Shown here one piece after another: positions 27,001-39,791 of a stretch of 64,000 nucleotides of DNA. A program made the translations under genes and the position numbers. The DNA is from an uncultured Gemmataceae bacterium. Its GTDB lineage: Bacteria > Planctomycetota > Planctomycetia > Gemmatales > Gemmataceae. Location of the stretch: positions 2,080,001 through 2,144,000 of the forward strand of contig CAVVPN010000011.1 of NCBI GenBank assembly GCA_963750165.1, given 5' to 3'. The notes below the pieces were generated by a model that was not told where the DNA came from, made no database searches, and saw only the letters and a program-made list of their open reading frames with translations. Numbering within the stretch: position 1 is the first letter of the stretch; the number at the start of each line of letters is the position of its first letter.

Positions 27001-30000
27001 CCTGACCGGTGGTCGGGTCAATCGTGATGAGTGAGCCGTACAAGGGGTAGGAGTTGTTGCCGCCCAGGCCGCCGTAGAGGGTGCCGTCGGGGCCGAACTC
27101 CACGGACGCCACGTCGTCGAAGCCGGTCGGGCCGATCACGGTCGCTTGACCGGTAGCGACGTTGATGGTCACGAGCTGGCTGCCGTCGGAGAGGTAGCCC
27201 GAGGTGATGCCGAAAAGCGTGTTGGTGCCGGGCTGGAAGCTGAGGCCGCCGATGTTGCCGCTCAGACCGGTCTGGCCGATGGTGGTGAAGGCCCCTGTGG
27301 CCGTGTTGATGGTGCCGAAGACACTGGAGCCCGAGCCGCCCTGACCCCCCGAGCGCACTCCATACAGCGTCCCGGCAGCGTTGAATGCCAGTCCGTTGAT
27401 GGTGTTGCCGCTGGCTGAACCGATGACGGTCGCCGCTCCTGTCCGCGGGTCGATGCTCAACAGCGTGGTGCCGGATTCGCCGAAGAGGGTCCCGGTGGGG
27501 CTGATCTTGATGCGGAGTTGCGCGTAGCCGGTGGCGCCGACAGGTGTGGCCTGGCCGGTGTGCGGGTCGATGGTGACCAGCAGTCCGTTGGGGCCGGAAT
27601 TCGGGTAAGGGATCGAGCCGAACAACTGGCCGATCAGATCGCCGTTGAGCGTGCCGACGGTGCCAAGGACGTTCAGCTGGTCGCCGCCGCCCGGCAGGGC
27701 CACGCCGCCGCCGTCCAGGTTCTGCGCCGTGGCGATGCTATCGTCGTCGCCGCCGACGAGGCGTTCCGTCTCCACAGCGGCATTGACAATGACGCGGAGT
27801 GTGTAACGGCCGGTCCCCTGCAAGGCGGCGGCGCTAACGGTGTAGGTGCCACTGGTGGTCACCGCGGCCGTCTCGATCACCGCCGGGGCTCCCGCGACCA
27901 TCCCCTGGGCGGTGGCCACGACCGCGCCCGACGGGTCGGTCAAGGTGACGGCGCCTTGCACGGCACCATCAATGGGGGTGAAGACCACGCTGACCGTCTG
28001 TCCGGCGTTCAGGGGCAGGGTGTAGGAGTGGGTGTCGGGGTCGGCGCGGAAGGCGCTGAGCTGTGTTCCTTCGTAGATGAGCCCGCCGGCAGGCGGGTCG
28101 AGCGCCAGGGGCGTGGGGAAGGGGGCGCTCGTCGTGTCGGCGACAAAATCCACCACGAAGTCGTGCCCGGCCGGGCTGGCCAGCGTGCTGTAGAGCGGAT
28201 TGCCGACGGCGTCCTGGAAGGCGTTGGCGCCGGCGCGCAGGGTGAGCGTGTAGTTGCTGTCCACCAGGCCCTGGAACCCGACCGTGATGCTGTCGGTGTT
28301 GGGGTCGTAAGCGAAGCTGTTGACCGGGACCGTTTGCCCTGACAGGGTGTTGACCAGCGTGACATCCTGGGCGCCGAGGCCGGCCGTGCCGAGGGGCTCG
28401 CTGAAGGTGGCGGTGTAGGTCAGGTTGCCGGACGGCACGACGTCGCTCTCGTTGATCGAACTGGCCGTCACCGTCGGGCCCGTGGTGTCCAGTGTGAACG
28501 TCTCGTCGTAAGCGCTGCTGGCGTCTCCCTGCAGGTCGGTGACGGCGCCCGCCGGCAGGTGAACGGCGTAGGAGCCGTCGCCGCTGTTCAGGTTGGACAC
28601 GTCGAACTGCACGGTGTTGGCGTCGATGACGGTGAAGCCGGTGGCGGGCGCGCCGTTGAGGGTGAGCGCCCCCGGGCTGAGCGACGAGAACAGCAGCGGC
28701 TGCGCGAACGTCAACTGGACCGCGCCGGGGAAGACGGCGAACGTGGCGCCGTCGGTGATGCTACTGGCGGTCACGTTGACCGCGTGCAGCGTGCGGCCGG
28801 CCGTGGCACCGTCGATCTCAAGCGTGTAGTCGCCGACGCCGGTGACGACGGCGACCCGGGCGGTGTAGGCGCCGCCGGCGCCGGTGGGGATTGTGTAGGT
28901 GACCCGGGCATTGCGGCCATCGGGCGCGCCCTCGAAGTTACTGGCGACCAGGTTGCCCGACGAGTCGTACAGTTCCACGATCGGGGCGAGGGTGTTTTCC
29001 GGCTCACCGGGGCCGGCCGTCGGCGTGGTGGTGGTGAGCGTCAGGGTGTCGCCGGCCCTGGCGTTGAAGGTGTGAAAGTCCTGGGTGTCGTTGAGGCCGA
29101 GGATGTTTGGCGTTTGCAAGGTCGCATTGAAGGTGTAGGTGCCCGTGCGGTTGGAGTAGCCGCCGGCCACGATGTAGTAGTCGCCGGCATAGCCGCTGCC
29201 GCTGCCGCCGAAGGTGTAAACGAGGTGCGAGTAGAGCCCGTAGTTGCCGCCGCCATCGTCGTTGTAGGCGAGCAGTTGCCCGGTGTTGTCGTACAGCCAC
29301 TCATAGCTATCGCCGATCGGGCTGCCGGTCTGGCCGGCGAGGTCGTCGAGGGTGAGTGTGTCGCCGGGCGAGGCGTAGATCTTGTAGAAGTCGCGGTCGT
29401 AGGCAGGCGAGACGTTCCCCTGGACCGAGGCGAAGTAGGTGTTGGTGCCCGTCTGGGTGAAGGTGCCCGACAGGTCGTTGGCCTCGGCGATGCTGTCGTT
29501 CGGCTCGGTCTCGCTGGAGATGGGGGGGACCGAGGAAGTGCCGCGGAAACTGCCCAGCGTGACGGGGGTGACGCTGACGTCGTCCGCGGTGGCCCGGGTG
29601 TTGTTCCGCTCCACCTCGAAGTCGGCGCCCCGCGTGACGAGCAGGCCATAGTTTTGGCCGGTCGTGGTGCTGCTGGCGCGCGCGTAGTAGACACCGGTGG
29701 CCGGCACCTGGAACTGGCGGATCATCTCGTCGGCGTTGGTGGCGCCGGTCGTCCCCCTGGCGAGCAAGTTGCCTGAGGCGTCCAGCAGGTCGAGGGTGAC
29801 GCCGCCGCCGCCGGACGGCGTCGAGAGGGCCAGGTCCGCGGTCTGTCCCTGCGTCAAATGGAACGCGTAATAGTCGCTGCCGTTGTCCGTCTGGCCAACG
29901 ACAGCCAGGCGGTCGGCCCCGCCCGGGAGGGGGAAACTGCTGCTATCGATGTTCTGGGCGCTGGCCGGCGTGTTGTTGGCGGCGGGGGGGAGTGTGAGGC

Positions 30001-30502
30001 CGGCAGTCGCCACGGCGGCGTTGAGCGTGAGGCTGACGGTGTAAGCGCCGCTGCCAGCGAGGCTGACCAGCTCGATCTGATAGGTGCCCGCCGTCGCGAC
30101 CGGAGCGTTCTCCAGGACCACCGGCGCACCCGCCTGGGCGGCGTCGGCGCTGGCCAGCGTTGCCGCATTGGGATCGAGCAGTGCCAGCCGGAACTGGAGC
30201 GACGGGTCTGCCGGCTGCACCACCGCCGTCGCGGTCTGCCCGGCGTTGAGTGGGATGGTGTAGATGTCCGTCTCACCCACGGCACTGACCTGGTCCGCGT
30301 GGCTCCCGGCGAAGACCAGTGAGCCGAACGGCTGGAGCGGCGCGAGTGGCGTCGGAAAGGCTTGCGTGTGATCGAGCAGGACGCGCTCTTCAAGCGGATC
30401 GAAGGCCAACCGCACGCGCCGGATGGGTGCCACACGGCGCCGCCGGAAGGAGGAGGTGAGAAGGCGGACAGCCCACCGCAGATAATACGAGGGTCGCTTC
30501 AT
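1..30502 (-). CDS. Giant multidomain secreted/surface protein (>10,100 aa, 3' end outside window): planctomycete export leader, PPC/Ig modules, CARDB array, beta-propellers, lectin- and discoidin-like domains, putative-Ig repeats, short YD/RHS segment, two dockerin-like domains
   Basis: ATG at 30502 with AGGAG RBS; N-terminus ...RRRRVAPIRRVRLAFDPLEERVLLD. ORFs 23279-30502, 19099-23520, 12183-19553 and 8228-12361 join at single-base frame breaks (~23533, ~19570, ~12435, ~8547) with the domain text continuing across each (e.g. NWEQL|FQTVDPSVLF; DPA|EQWSDGVYLS). The last frame appears open to base 1 (spot-checked, and antisense shadow ORFs 99, 2238, 4050, 7809 share one frame). Confidence 0.88.
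1955..2120 (-). other. Dockerin/EF-hand-like duplicated motif within the giant protein
   Basis: Translation GDYLGTDYITSTDLTQLTQRYG...YNPMYDLNGDGVINRNDYLLAYRQLG. Confidence 0.75.
3860..4025 (-). other. Dockerin/EF-hand-like duplicated motif within the giant protein
   Basis: Translation GDINADGKVDGSDSALLATAFG...FAADLDASGAIDSADRQLLAYNYGF. Confidence 0.8.
4460..5115 (-). other. RHS N-terminal-like segment plus a few YD-like repeats within the giant protein
   Basis: RAYNS...FGPGWSL; YLTLPDGSRAGYTF; RFVKDAEGRIAAIQAPNGETVNYVYDAAGQLAEV. Confidence 0.65.
16900..19300 (-). repeat. Intragenic tandem duplication, ~1038-bp (346 aa) CARDB+Ig+Ig unit, about 2.3 copies
   Basis: gatgcctggtaggccgtcggcagcgcgttgcccgacagg at 17581 and 18619 (offset 1038); ATY(N/D)GGGNRPLLAPG occurs three times (~17030, ~18060, ~19100). 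Confidence 0.9.
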
Positions 30503-30903
30503 GTGTCGATCTCCTATCAGGCCCCCAGGCTGGCGATGCCGGGGCGTCCTCTGATGGGGACTCCAAGTTGGCGGAGCGCAAAAGTTGAAAGGGAGCCCGA
30601 GTCTGACGGGCTGCGAGTCATGGCGAATCTGAGCGCGCCCGATCCCGATAGGCCCTTGAGAACTCGAACCAGGACGCCGTTGTCGCGCACCTTTTCATGC
30701 GAGAACGAAGATGCGGTGGGGACAAGCTCAAAAAGCCTCAAACAAGGTTACAGAGGCATCCCGCGGCCGGCAACGAAAATCTGACGCAAGAATTCGGACG
30801 CGCAGAACATTCATTTCCTTTTCACATTCCACGAAAAAACCACGAATCGGCGGGGCTTTATTGGTGGAAATCGTTGAAATCGTTGTTTCGGGGGATAACA
30901 TGA

Positions 30904-33264
<2,361 letters not shown>

Positions 33265-33309
33265 GCATCAACGGGGCAAATCTGCCATGGGGATTGAATA
33301 CGCATGATG

Positions 33310-33460
33310 CGTATGACCGCTGCGTGGGGACCGACGCCCATCGGTTCGGTGGTCAGCGCGTGTGCGGCGGCGGGCAGTGCCGCACGGACCTGTTGGACCG
33401 GGCCGTGTGGGACGACGCCTGCGCCCTGCTGGCGGACCCCGAGCGGCTGCGCCGCGCCAC
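33310..33460 (+). pseudogene. Fragment of a large serine recombinase (zinc-ribbon/coiled-coil region)
   Basis: RCVGTDAHRFGGQRVCGGGQCRTDLLDRAVWDDACALLADPERLRR resembles the Y-x-C...C...L-(E/D)-x-x-V-W segment of large serine recombinases; no catalytic domain nearby. Confidence 0.65.
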
Positions 33461-33522
33461 GAGCGCCGGCGCCGGGGGCAGAAAAAGCAGGGAGGCCGCC
33501 CCGGCGACCCTCGAACCAGAAA

Positions 33523-34326
33523 TCACTTGCGCCCCGCTGACAGAAACCCTGTCATCGTGCTGAAAAATCGCCCCGTGCGCTGCAACTCGTCCAGGTGCGC
33601 CAGCCATGACCGCCCTTCCGCCGCCGTGATGGTCCCGTTCGCCACGGCTCGCTCCACTGTCGGCGGCCCCAGGATCGGCAGCGCCAGCGCCGGCGTCAGC
33701 ATCAGCGTGTACGGCGTCACGCTCAGGTCGCGCAGTCCCAGTTCCGCCAGCAGCGCCGGGATGTGCCGGCCCAGCCAGCCGTTGCGGACGCTGTCGCACC
33801 AGGCGTTAATCATCTTGCGGCCCAGCACCCGATCCTCCGCGTCGATCACCAGCGCGCCGAAATCGACCTCGAAGACGACCACCCGACCGCCCGGCCGTGT
33901 CACGCGCCGCAGTTCCGCCAGCGCTTGCCGCGGGTCGGGCACGTGCATCAGACTGCGGTCGGCCAGACAGCCGTCGAAGCTGTCGTCGCCGTACGACAAC
34001 CCTAGCACATCCGCGCTCGCAAACGTGACCGGCAGCCCCGTGTCAGCGGCGCGCTCCCGGGCCACGGCGAGCATGGCCTGGCTGTTGTCGATGCCGACCA
34101 CCGCGCCGCCAGGCATCACCAGACGAGCCAGCGCCCGCACGTCGTCGCCGGTGCCGCAGCCGGCGTCCAGGAAGCGCCGCCCCGGTGCCGCGTCCAGCAA
34201 TTCGACCATGCGCCGCTTGTACGCCTGGAACGACGCCTGGGCGCCGGCCTCGTCCAGGAAGCGCACGAAGTAGTCCGGGTCCGCCGATTGATCGATGCTG
34301 CCGAACCGCGCCAGCGTCTCTGCCAT
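33523..34326 (-). CDS. Class I SAM-dependent methyltransferase (type 11/UbiE-like)
   Basis: FLDAGCGTGDD motif I, VVGIDNSQAML, SFDGCLADRSLMHV, RVTRPGGRVVV. Confidence 0.92.
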   Translation of the reverse strand: MAETLARFGSIDQSADPDYFVRFLDEAGAQASFQAYKRRMVELLDAAPGRRFLDAGCGTGDDVRALARLVMPGGAVVGIDNSQAMLAVARERAADTGLPVTFASADVLGLSYGDDSFDGCLADRSLMHVPDPRQALAELRRVTRPGGRVVVFEVDFGALVIDAEDRVLGRKMINAWCDSVRNGWLGRHIPALLAELGLRDLSVTPYTLMLTPALALPILGPPTVERAVANGTITAAEGRSWLAHLDELQRTGRFFSTMTGFLSAGRK

Positions 34327-34420
34327 GACCGTCTCCGCATTTCGTAAAAAGCCGGTATGTCCTGCGGAAATTGTACGAACGCCGCCGAGGAAGCCATGAG
34401 CACACCGACCGCCGTTTCAC

Positions 34421-34534
34421 GGGGCGGCCAAGCAGTGGGCCAGCCCAAGACCGGGACGCATTGTTTGGCCGCCCTTCACAGTCTTCTGCACCCTCGTCCA
34501 GTCGAGAAGGGCGGCCAAGCAGTGGCACACTACC
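34421..34534. repeat. REP-like cluster (gggcggccaagcagtgg twice plus an inverted copy)
   Basis: Direct copies at ~34422 and ~34509; inverted cattgtttggccgccc at ~34459. Confidence 0.65.
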
Positions 34535-34663
34535 CTTTCCGTACCGACTACAGGAGCGCTCCGGTTTCTGATCCCGGTGGACACTGCCAGGCACAGGTGG
34601 GTAAGATCGCTGCCTGTGTTCATTGGGCCAACTGGCACCGAATGTCCATCAAGGAGGACCGTC

Positions 34664-35797
34664 ATGAAGCACCTTGCGACCGCGCTGGCGGCGTGCGCGC
34701 TGCTCTGGACCAGTGCAACTCGGCTGGAAGCGCAGCCGAAGAAGGAGCCGAAGTACCGCGGCAAGCCCATCGCGTACTGGGTGGAGCGACTGGCCAACGA
34801 CAAGGGCGAGGATCGGTATGCGGCGCTGAAGGCGGTGCAGGCGTTTGACGCGGCGGCTCGGTCGAAGGCGGTGCCCATCCTGACCGAGATGCTGGAGGAC
34901 CGCGACCCCGAATTTCGCGTGTTCGCCGCCGACGCTCTGGGAGAGTTAACAGCAGCACCCGGGTCGGCGGTGCCGGCTCTGGCGGCAGCCCTGGCAGACG
35001 ACACCCTGCATGTGCGTGCCGCTGCCGCGAAGGCGCTGCGGTCATTCGGGACGGCTGCCCGCGCGGCGGCGCCAGCCCTGGTGAAATTGCTCAGCGGGGA
35101 AAAGGAACACTGGCCGGCTTCCGAAAGCATCCAAACGCTCGCGGAGATCGCTCCCGGTGATGAAGCCGCCCTGAACGCCATGAAACAGGTATATCTGAGT
35201 CCGCCTGGGGAACAAAAGGAGTCTGGACGCTACTGGTGGCGGAGATCGGTCATCACGGCGCTCGGAAAAATGGGGCCCGCGGGGCAACGCTTGCTGATCG
35301 AATTTCTGGAAGGCTACGTGGCCCGCGTTCGGGAATGGGGCAACGCTGATGACGAATACCGGGTCGGCAACGCCCGAGAGATTTGTCAGCAACTGGTCGG
35401 GGCCAAGGCCAAACCGGCCGCGGCGGCACTCACGCGGCTTTTGGAGCACAAGGATCGCGAATTGCGCCGCGACGCCGCCTGGGCATTGTGGCAGGCCGCC
35501 AGGCATTCCAAATGCGTGCCGACCCTGTCCAGTTGTCTGGTTTTCTCAGCCAGGCCGCCAACTCCCACTATCCGAAAACAAAATGACGTGGACCGGGAGG
35601 TGCTCCGCTACCTGGCCGAAATCGGTCCCGCGGCGCAGGAAGCCATGCCGACGCTCGCCCAGGTGCTCGAAACCATCAAAAATGACCGGGAGTCGCTGCT
35701 CGACAGCCAGCGGTCGGGTGGCACCCAGGAACTGCGTGACCTGGTGATACAGACGCAGCGCAAAATCGCCCCGGAGAAGTACGGCCGCACGCCCTGA
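34664..35797 (+). CDS. Secreted HEAT-repeat protein
   Basis: AAGGAGG RBS, signal-peptide-like N-terminus, EPKYRGKPIAYW, repeats AVPILTEMLEDRDPEFRVFAADALG / AVPALAAALADDTLHVRAAAAKAL. Confidence 0.85.
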   Translation: MKHLATALAACALLWTSATRLEAQPKKEPKYRGKPIAYWVERLANDKGEDRYAALKAVQAFDAAARSKAVPILTEMLEDRDPEFRVFAADALGELTAAPGSAVPALAAALADDTLHVRAAAAKALRSFGTAARAAAPALVKLLSGEKEHWPASESIQTLAEIAPGDEAALNAMKQVYLSPPGEQKESGRYWWRRSVITALGKMGPAGQRLLIEFLEGYVARVREWGNADDEYRVGNAREICQQLVGAKAKPAAAALTRLLEHKDRELRRDAAWALWQAARHSKCVPTLSSCLVFSARPPTPTIRKQNDVDREVLRYLAEIGPAAQEAMPTLAQVLETIKNDRESLLDSQRSGGTQELRDLVIQTQRKIAPEKYGRTP

Positions 35798-35856
35798 CCT
35801 GTCCTGCGGGCGTGCGGCCGCGATACGATGAAGCACGGCGGCCCTGCGGAGGGGCG

Positions 35857-36470
35857 ATGAGCGACCCACGACCGTTGCACCGGCTGTTCGGCCTGTCCTG
35901 GGTGGACTTCTTCCACGGCACCGGCGTCACCGTGGAAACCGAGGTGGACCTGTCGCGTCAGCAGCAGTTCCTCGACCTCGCGATCGTCCGCCCGGGACCG
36001 GAGCCAATCCCGCGGCCGCTGCCGGACGGCTTCGAGGACCTGGCGACGCACAACCTGGTGACGTTCAAGTCGCCCCAGGAGGCGCTCGACGCCTGGGCGG
36101 TGTGGGAGTTGGTTCACCACTTCGTCGGCTACCGCAAGTGGTCCAACCCGTCGCTGGACGACCTGCTGCCGGTGGCGGACTATCGGCTGTACGCGGTCTG
36201 CCCCCGCTACCCGCAGCAGCTGGCGCAGACGGTGCCGCTGACGCCGCTGCGGGACGGCGTGTATGAGGCGGCTGGGTTCGGGCTGCGCATCCGCGTCATC
36301 GTGACGGGCAGCTGGCGCTGGAAGAGCAGAACGCCATGCTGCACCTGTTCTGCGTCCGGGATGAAACGCTGAGTTACGGGCGGGAGCATTACCAACAGTA
36401 TTCGCCCGAGACGAGTTTCCTGCTCTTGTGTTCCTGGCTTTTCCTTGCCTGTGGTACGCGGGCTGGTTAA
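35857..36470 (+). pseudogene. Frameshifted, apparently truncated hypothetical protein (possible PD-(D/E)XK-like paralogue)
   Basis: HRLFGLSWVDFF...EVDLSRQQQFLDLAIVR...HNLVTFKSPQEALD; frame break ~36308 continues QLALEEQNAMLHLF to TAA 36468-36470. Confidence 0.55.
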
Positions 36471-36684
36471 GATGCCAGGAGAATGACCCGATCCAGGCGA
36501 AATCTGTTCATTTGTGAAACAAATCTGCCGATTGTAGGAAACGCAGGAATAAGCTCCGCACGGGTTCTCCCGGTATGACGCCTGGGGTCCACAGGGTGGG
36601 GCGGGAAACAACCGATTGGTTTGCGAGGCAGCGGGTCTATGGAATGACGGACTAACTCCGATACCTTTTCACGCGAAGGCAGCC

Positions 36685-39600
36685 ATGAGCGAACTGTCCC
36701 CCGCTACGGCCCCGACCCCGAAGAAGCGCAGGAGGCGGATTCGCCGCATCCTGGGTGTAGTTGCGATCCTGCTGGTTGTCCTGGTCGTGACGGCACCCTG
36801 GCTGGTGTCCCACACCGGACTTCGCGACCCGTTGATCAACTGGGTTCTGGCGAGCCCAAGCGTCACGGCTTCCAGCGACAGTGCGTCCCTCGGCTGGTTT
36901 TCGTCTCCGTCCATGCGCGGCCTCCATTTGAAGAGTGCCAACGGCCGCCTCGACATCCGCGCGGAAGAGATTACCGCGGAGCAGTCACTCGTGCAGCTGT
37001 TGGCTTCCTCGCCGGACCTCGGCACGATCACGGTTGAGAAGGGGCATGTGCAGCTGGAATTGCCGCTCGACGTCCAGCTCCAGGAACGAGAGAGCCGGCT
37101 TGAGCCGACCTTCACGGCGACGGTCAAGGACGCATCCCTCACGGTGCGCCTGGCCGGGGAGGCCGAGCCGGTCATCGACATCGATGGCATCAACCTGACT
37201 ATTCGCGTGGAGCATGAGGGGGAAGGCCGCGTACTCACCCTTGACCCCGTCGTCATCTTCAACCGGCGGAAGCTGTCCCCGAAGCTGACCACCAGGCTGC
37301 TCCAGCTCATCGACCCCACGATGACCGACTCCCCGCAGATCAGCGGGGAGATTTCTCTTTCCCTGGATAAACTGCGCATGCCGATTGGCGTCCCCAGGGA
37401 CAAGGCGGTCAAGGGTGTGGAGCTGGAAGGCAAACTCGTGCTCCATCAGGTGTCCGGGGAAGTAAAAAACCCGCTGCGGCAGTCGCTGGTTCGACTGGTC
37501 GCTGACATGAACGGCAAGGACGCACCCAGGGTGATGCGTATCACCCAGGACACCGAGATCCGCTTCAAGGTGCGCGACGGCCGGTTGCACCACGAGGGCC
37601 TGCGCATTGGTCTGCCGGACATCGACCCGGAACTGCAACTGACCTCGCGCGGCTCCGTCGGCCTGGACAGGACGCTGGATCTGTTCGTGGAACTGCCCCG
37701 CCTGGATCCGGCGCTGCGCAAGGAGAAGGGCCCGGCCAAATGCCGCATCACCGGGACCATCAACGACCCGAAGATCACCGTCGAGGACGGTTCCCTCGTC
37801 TTGCGCCAGGACAAGAGCAAGGAACCGATCCTCGCCGCCGACGGCATCCAGATGACCATGCAGCGTCGAGGACACCGGCAAGGGCCGCGTGCTCGCCGTG
37901 GAGCCGTTCGAGGTCTTCAAGAAGCGGAAATTGAGCCTCGGGGTGGCGCCCGGCCTGGTGAGGTTGCTGGCGCCGGACGTCGAGAGCGAGCGGCAGGTGG
38001 ACGGCGAAATCTCCCTGTCGTTCAGCAAGCTCCACGTCCCGCTCGGCGTCCCCCGCGACCAGGCGGTCAAGCAACTGCAGGCGGAAGGCAAGCTTACCCT
38101 GCACCACGTTGCCTCCGAAGTGAAAGGCCCAATGTGGCAGACCTTGATCCAGCTGGTCGCGGACCTGAACGACAAGAAGGTATCCGACCCGATCCGCCTG
38201 GCCGCCGTCGAGTCGGAGATTCGCTTCGAGGTGCGTGACGGCCGACTGTACCACGAAGGGTTGCGCATCGGCTTTCCGGACATCGACCCGGAATTGCAAC
38301 TGACCTCGCGCGGCTCCGTCGGGCTGGACAGGACGCTGGACCTGTTCGTGGAACTGCCCCGCCTGGATCCGGCGCTGCGCAAGGAGAAAGGCCCGGCCAA
38401 GTGCCGCATCACCGGCACCATCAACGACCCAAAGATCACCATCGAGGATGCGTCTCTGGTCCTGCGCCAGGACAAGCGCGCGGAACCGATCATCGCCGCC
38501 GACGGCATTCAGATGACCGTACGCCTGGAGGACACCGGCAAGGGCCGCGTGCTCGCCGTGGAGCCATTTGAGGTCTTCAAGAAGCGGAAATTGAGCCTCG
38601 GGGTGCCGCCCGGCCTGGTGAGGTTGCTGGCGCCGGACGTCGAGAGCGAGCGGCAGGTGGACGGCGAAATCTCCCTGTCGTTCAGCAAACTCCGCGTCCC
38701 GCTCGGCGCCGGCAAGAAACAGGCGGGCAAGCAACTGGAGGCGGAAGGCAAGTTCACCCTGCATCAGGTTTCCTCCGAGGTCAAAGGCCCCCTGTGGCAG
38801 GCCGTGATCCGGCTGGTCGCGGACCTGAACGACAAGAAGGCGTCCGGCAAGATACGACTGGTCGCTGACGCAGAGGTTCCCTTTCAGGTGCGCGACGGCC
38901 GGCTGCACCACGAGGGCATGCGCGTCGGCTTTCCGGACATCGACCCGGAGATGGTGGTCCGTTCGCGCGGCTCGATTGGCCTGGATAAAACGCTGGACCT
39001 TCACCTGGAACTGCCCCGGTTGCGCAAGGACAAGCGCGACCTGGGCCCGCTCAAGTGTCACATTACCGGGACCCTGAGTCAGCCGATCATTGCCATCCCG
39101 GACGCCGCCCTGGTCGTCCACCTGACCGATGAGGATCAGGTGGCTCTCAAGGCTGACCACGTCAACCTGGTGTTTCGGGTCGAAACCTCCGGGGAGGTGC
39201 GGCTGCTGACGCTGGCGCCGGTCAAGGTCTTCGACAAACAGAAGCTGACGCCCGAAATGGGCGACCAGTTGCTGACCCTGATCACGCCAACCCTGGCGGA
39301 CCTTTCCGGCGTGCAAGGCACGATCTCCCTGTCCTTCGACACCTTCCGCGTGCCCCTGGGGGTTCCGAAAAAGGAGTTCGTCAAGCGCGTCGAGCTGTCG
39401 GGGAAACTCCACCTGCATGAGATCTCCGTCTCCACGAAGACCCCACTACTCCAGACCCTGGTCAAGGTGATGGCCGACATGTACGGCAAGAAACCGTCCG
39501 AGGTGGTGCGTCTAGTTGAAAATGCGGAGGTCCGCTTTCAGGTGAAGGACGCCCGGATCCACCATGAGGATATGCGTTTCGGCTTTCCGGATATTTCCAG

Positions 39601-39775
39601 GGACCTGCTGATTCGCTCGCGCGGCTCCGTCGGCTACGACAGGACGCTCGACCTCACGCTTGATGTTCCCTCCATCATCGTGGGAAAAAAGACGCTGCCT
39701 CCCGTGCGCATGCGCGTCACGGGAACAATCGAAAAACCGATCGTGACGGAGGTCAAGGATGGCAAAGGCAAATAA
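36685..39775 (+). CDS. AsmA-like membrane-anchored protein of four ~220-aa repeats; one +1 frameshift near 37862
   Basis: N-terminal basic patch plus TM helix; repeat FxVRDGRLHHEGLRIGxPDIDPELQLTSRGSVGLDRTLDL...ITGTIxxP four times; ORFs 36616-38238 and 37889-39775 join, and repeat offset 661 shows one extra base. Confidence 0.75.
37570..38850 (+). repeat. Near-identical ~660-bp intragenic tandem duplication
   Basis: atcgacccggaa at 37621 and 38282; gacaccggcaagggccgcgtgctcgccgtggagcc at 37871 and 38531. Confidence 0.9.
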
Positions 39776-39791
39776 CTCCCAAGGAGGGGTC

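Noticed and set aside
99..29776. Long plus-strand ORFs (e.g. 99-2087, 4050-7535, 9299-11377, 12399-14534, 19465-21522)
   Set aside because: Antisense shadows of the GC-biased giant gene; Arg/Gly-rich text with no recognisable motifs
8228..30502. Reading the four big minus-strand ORFs as an operon of separate genes
   Set aside because: Junctions fall mid-domain, downstream ORFs lack signal peptides, and each ORF tail turns to off-frame text
30867..30885. gaaatcgtt tandem repeat upstream of katG as a peroxide-regulator box
   Set aside because: Does not clearly match OxyR, PerR or Fur consensus; two 9-mers are insufficient evidence
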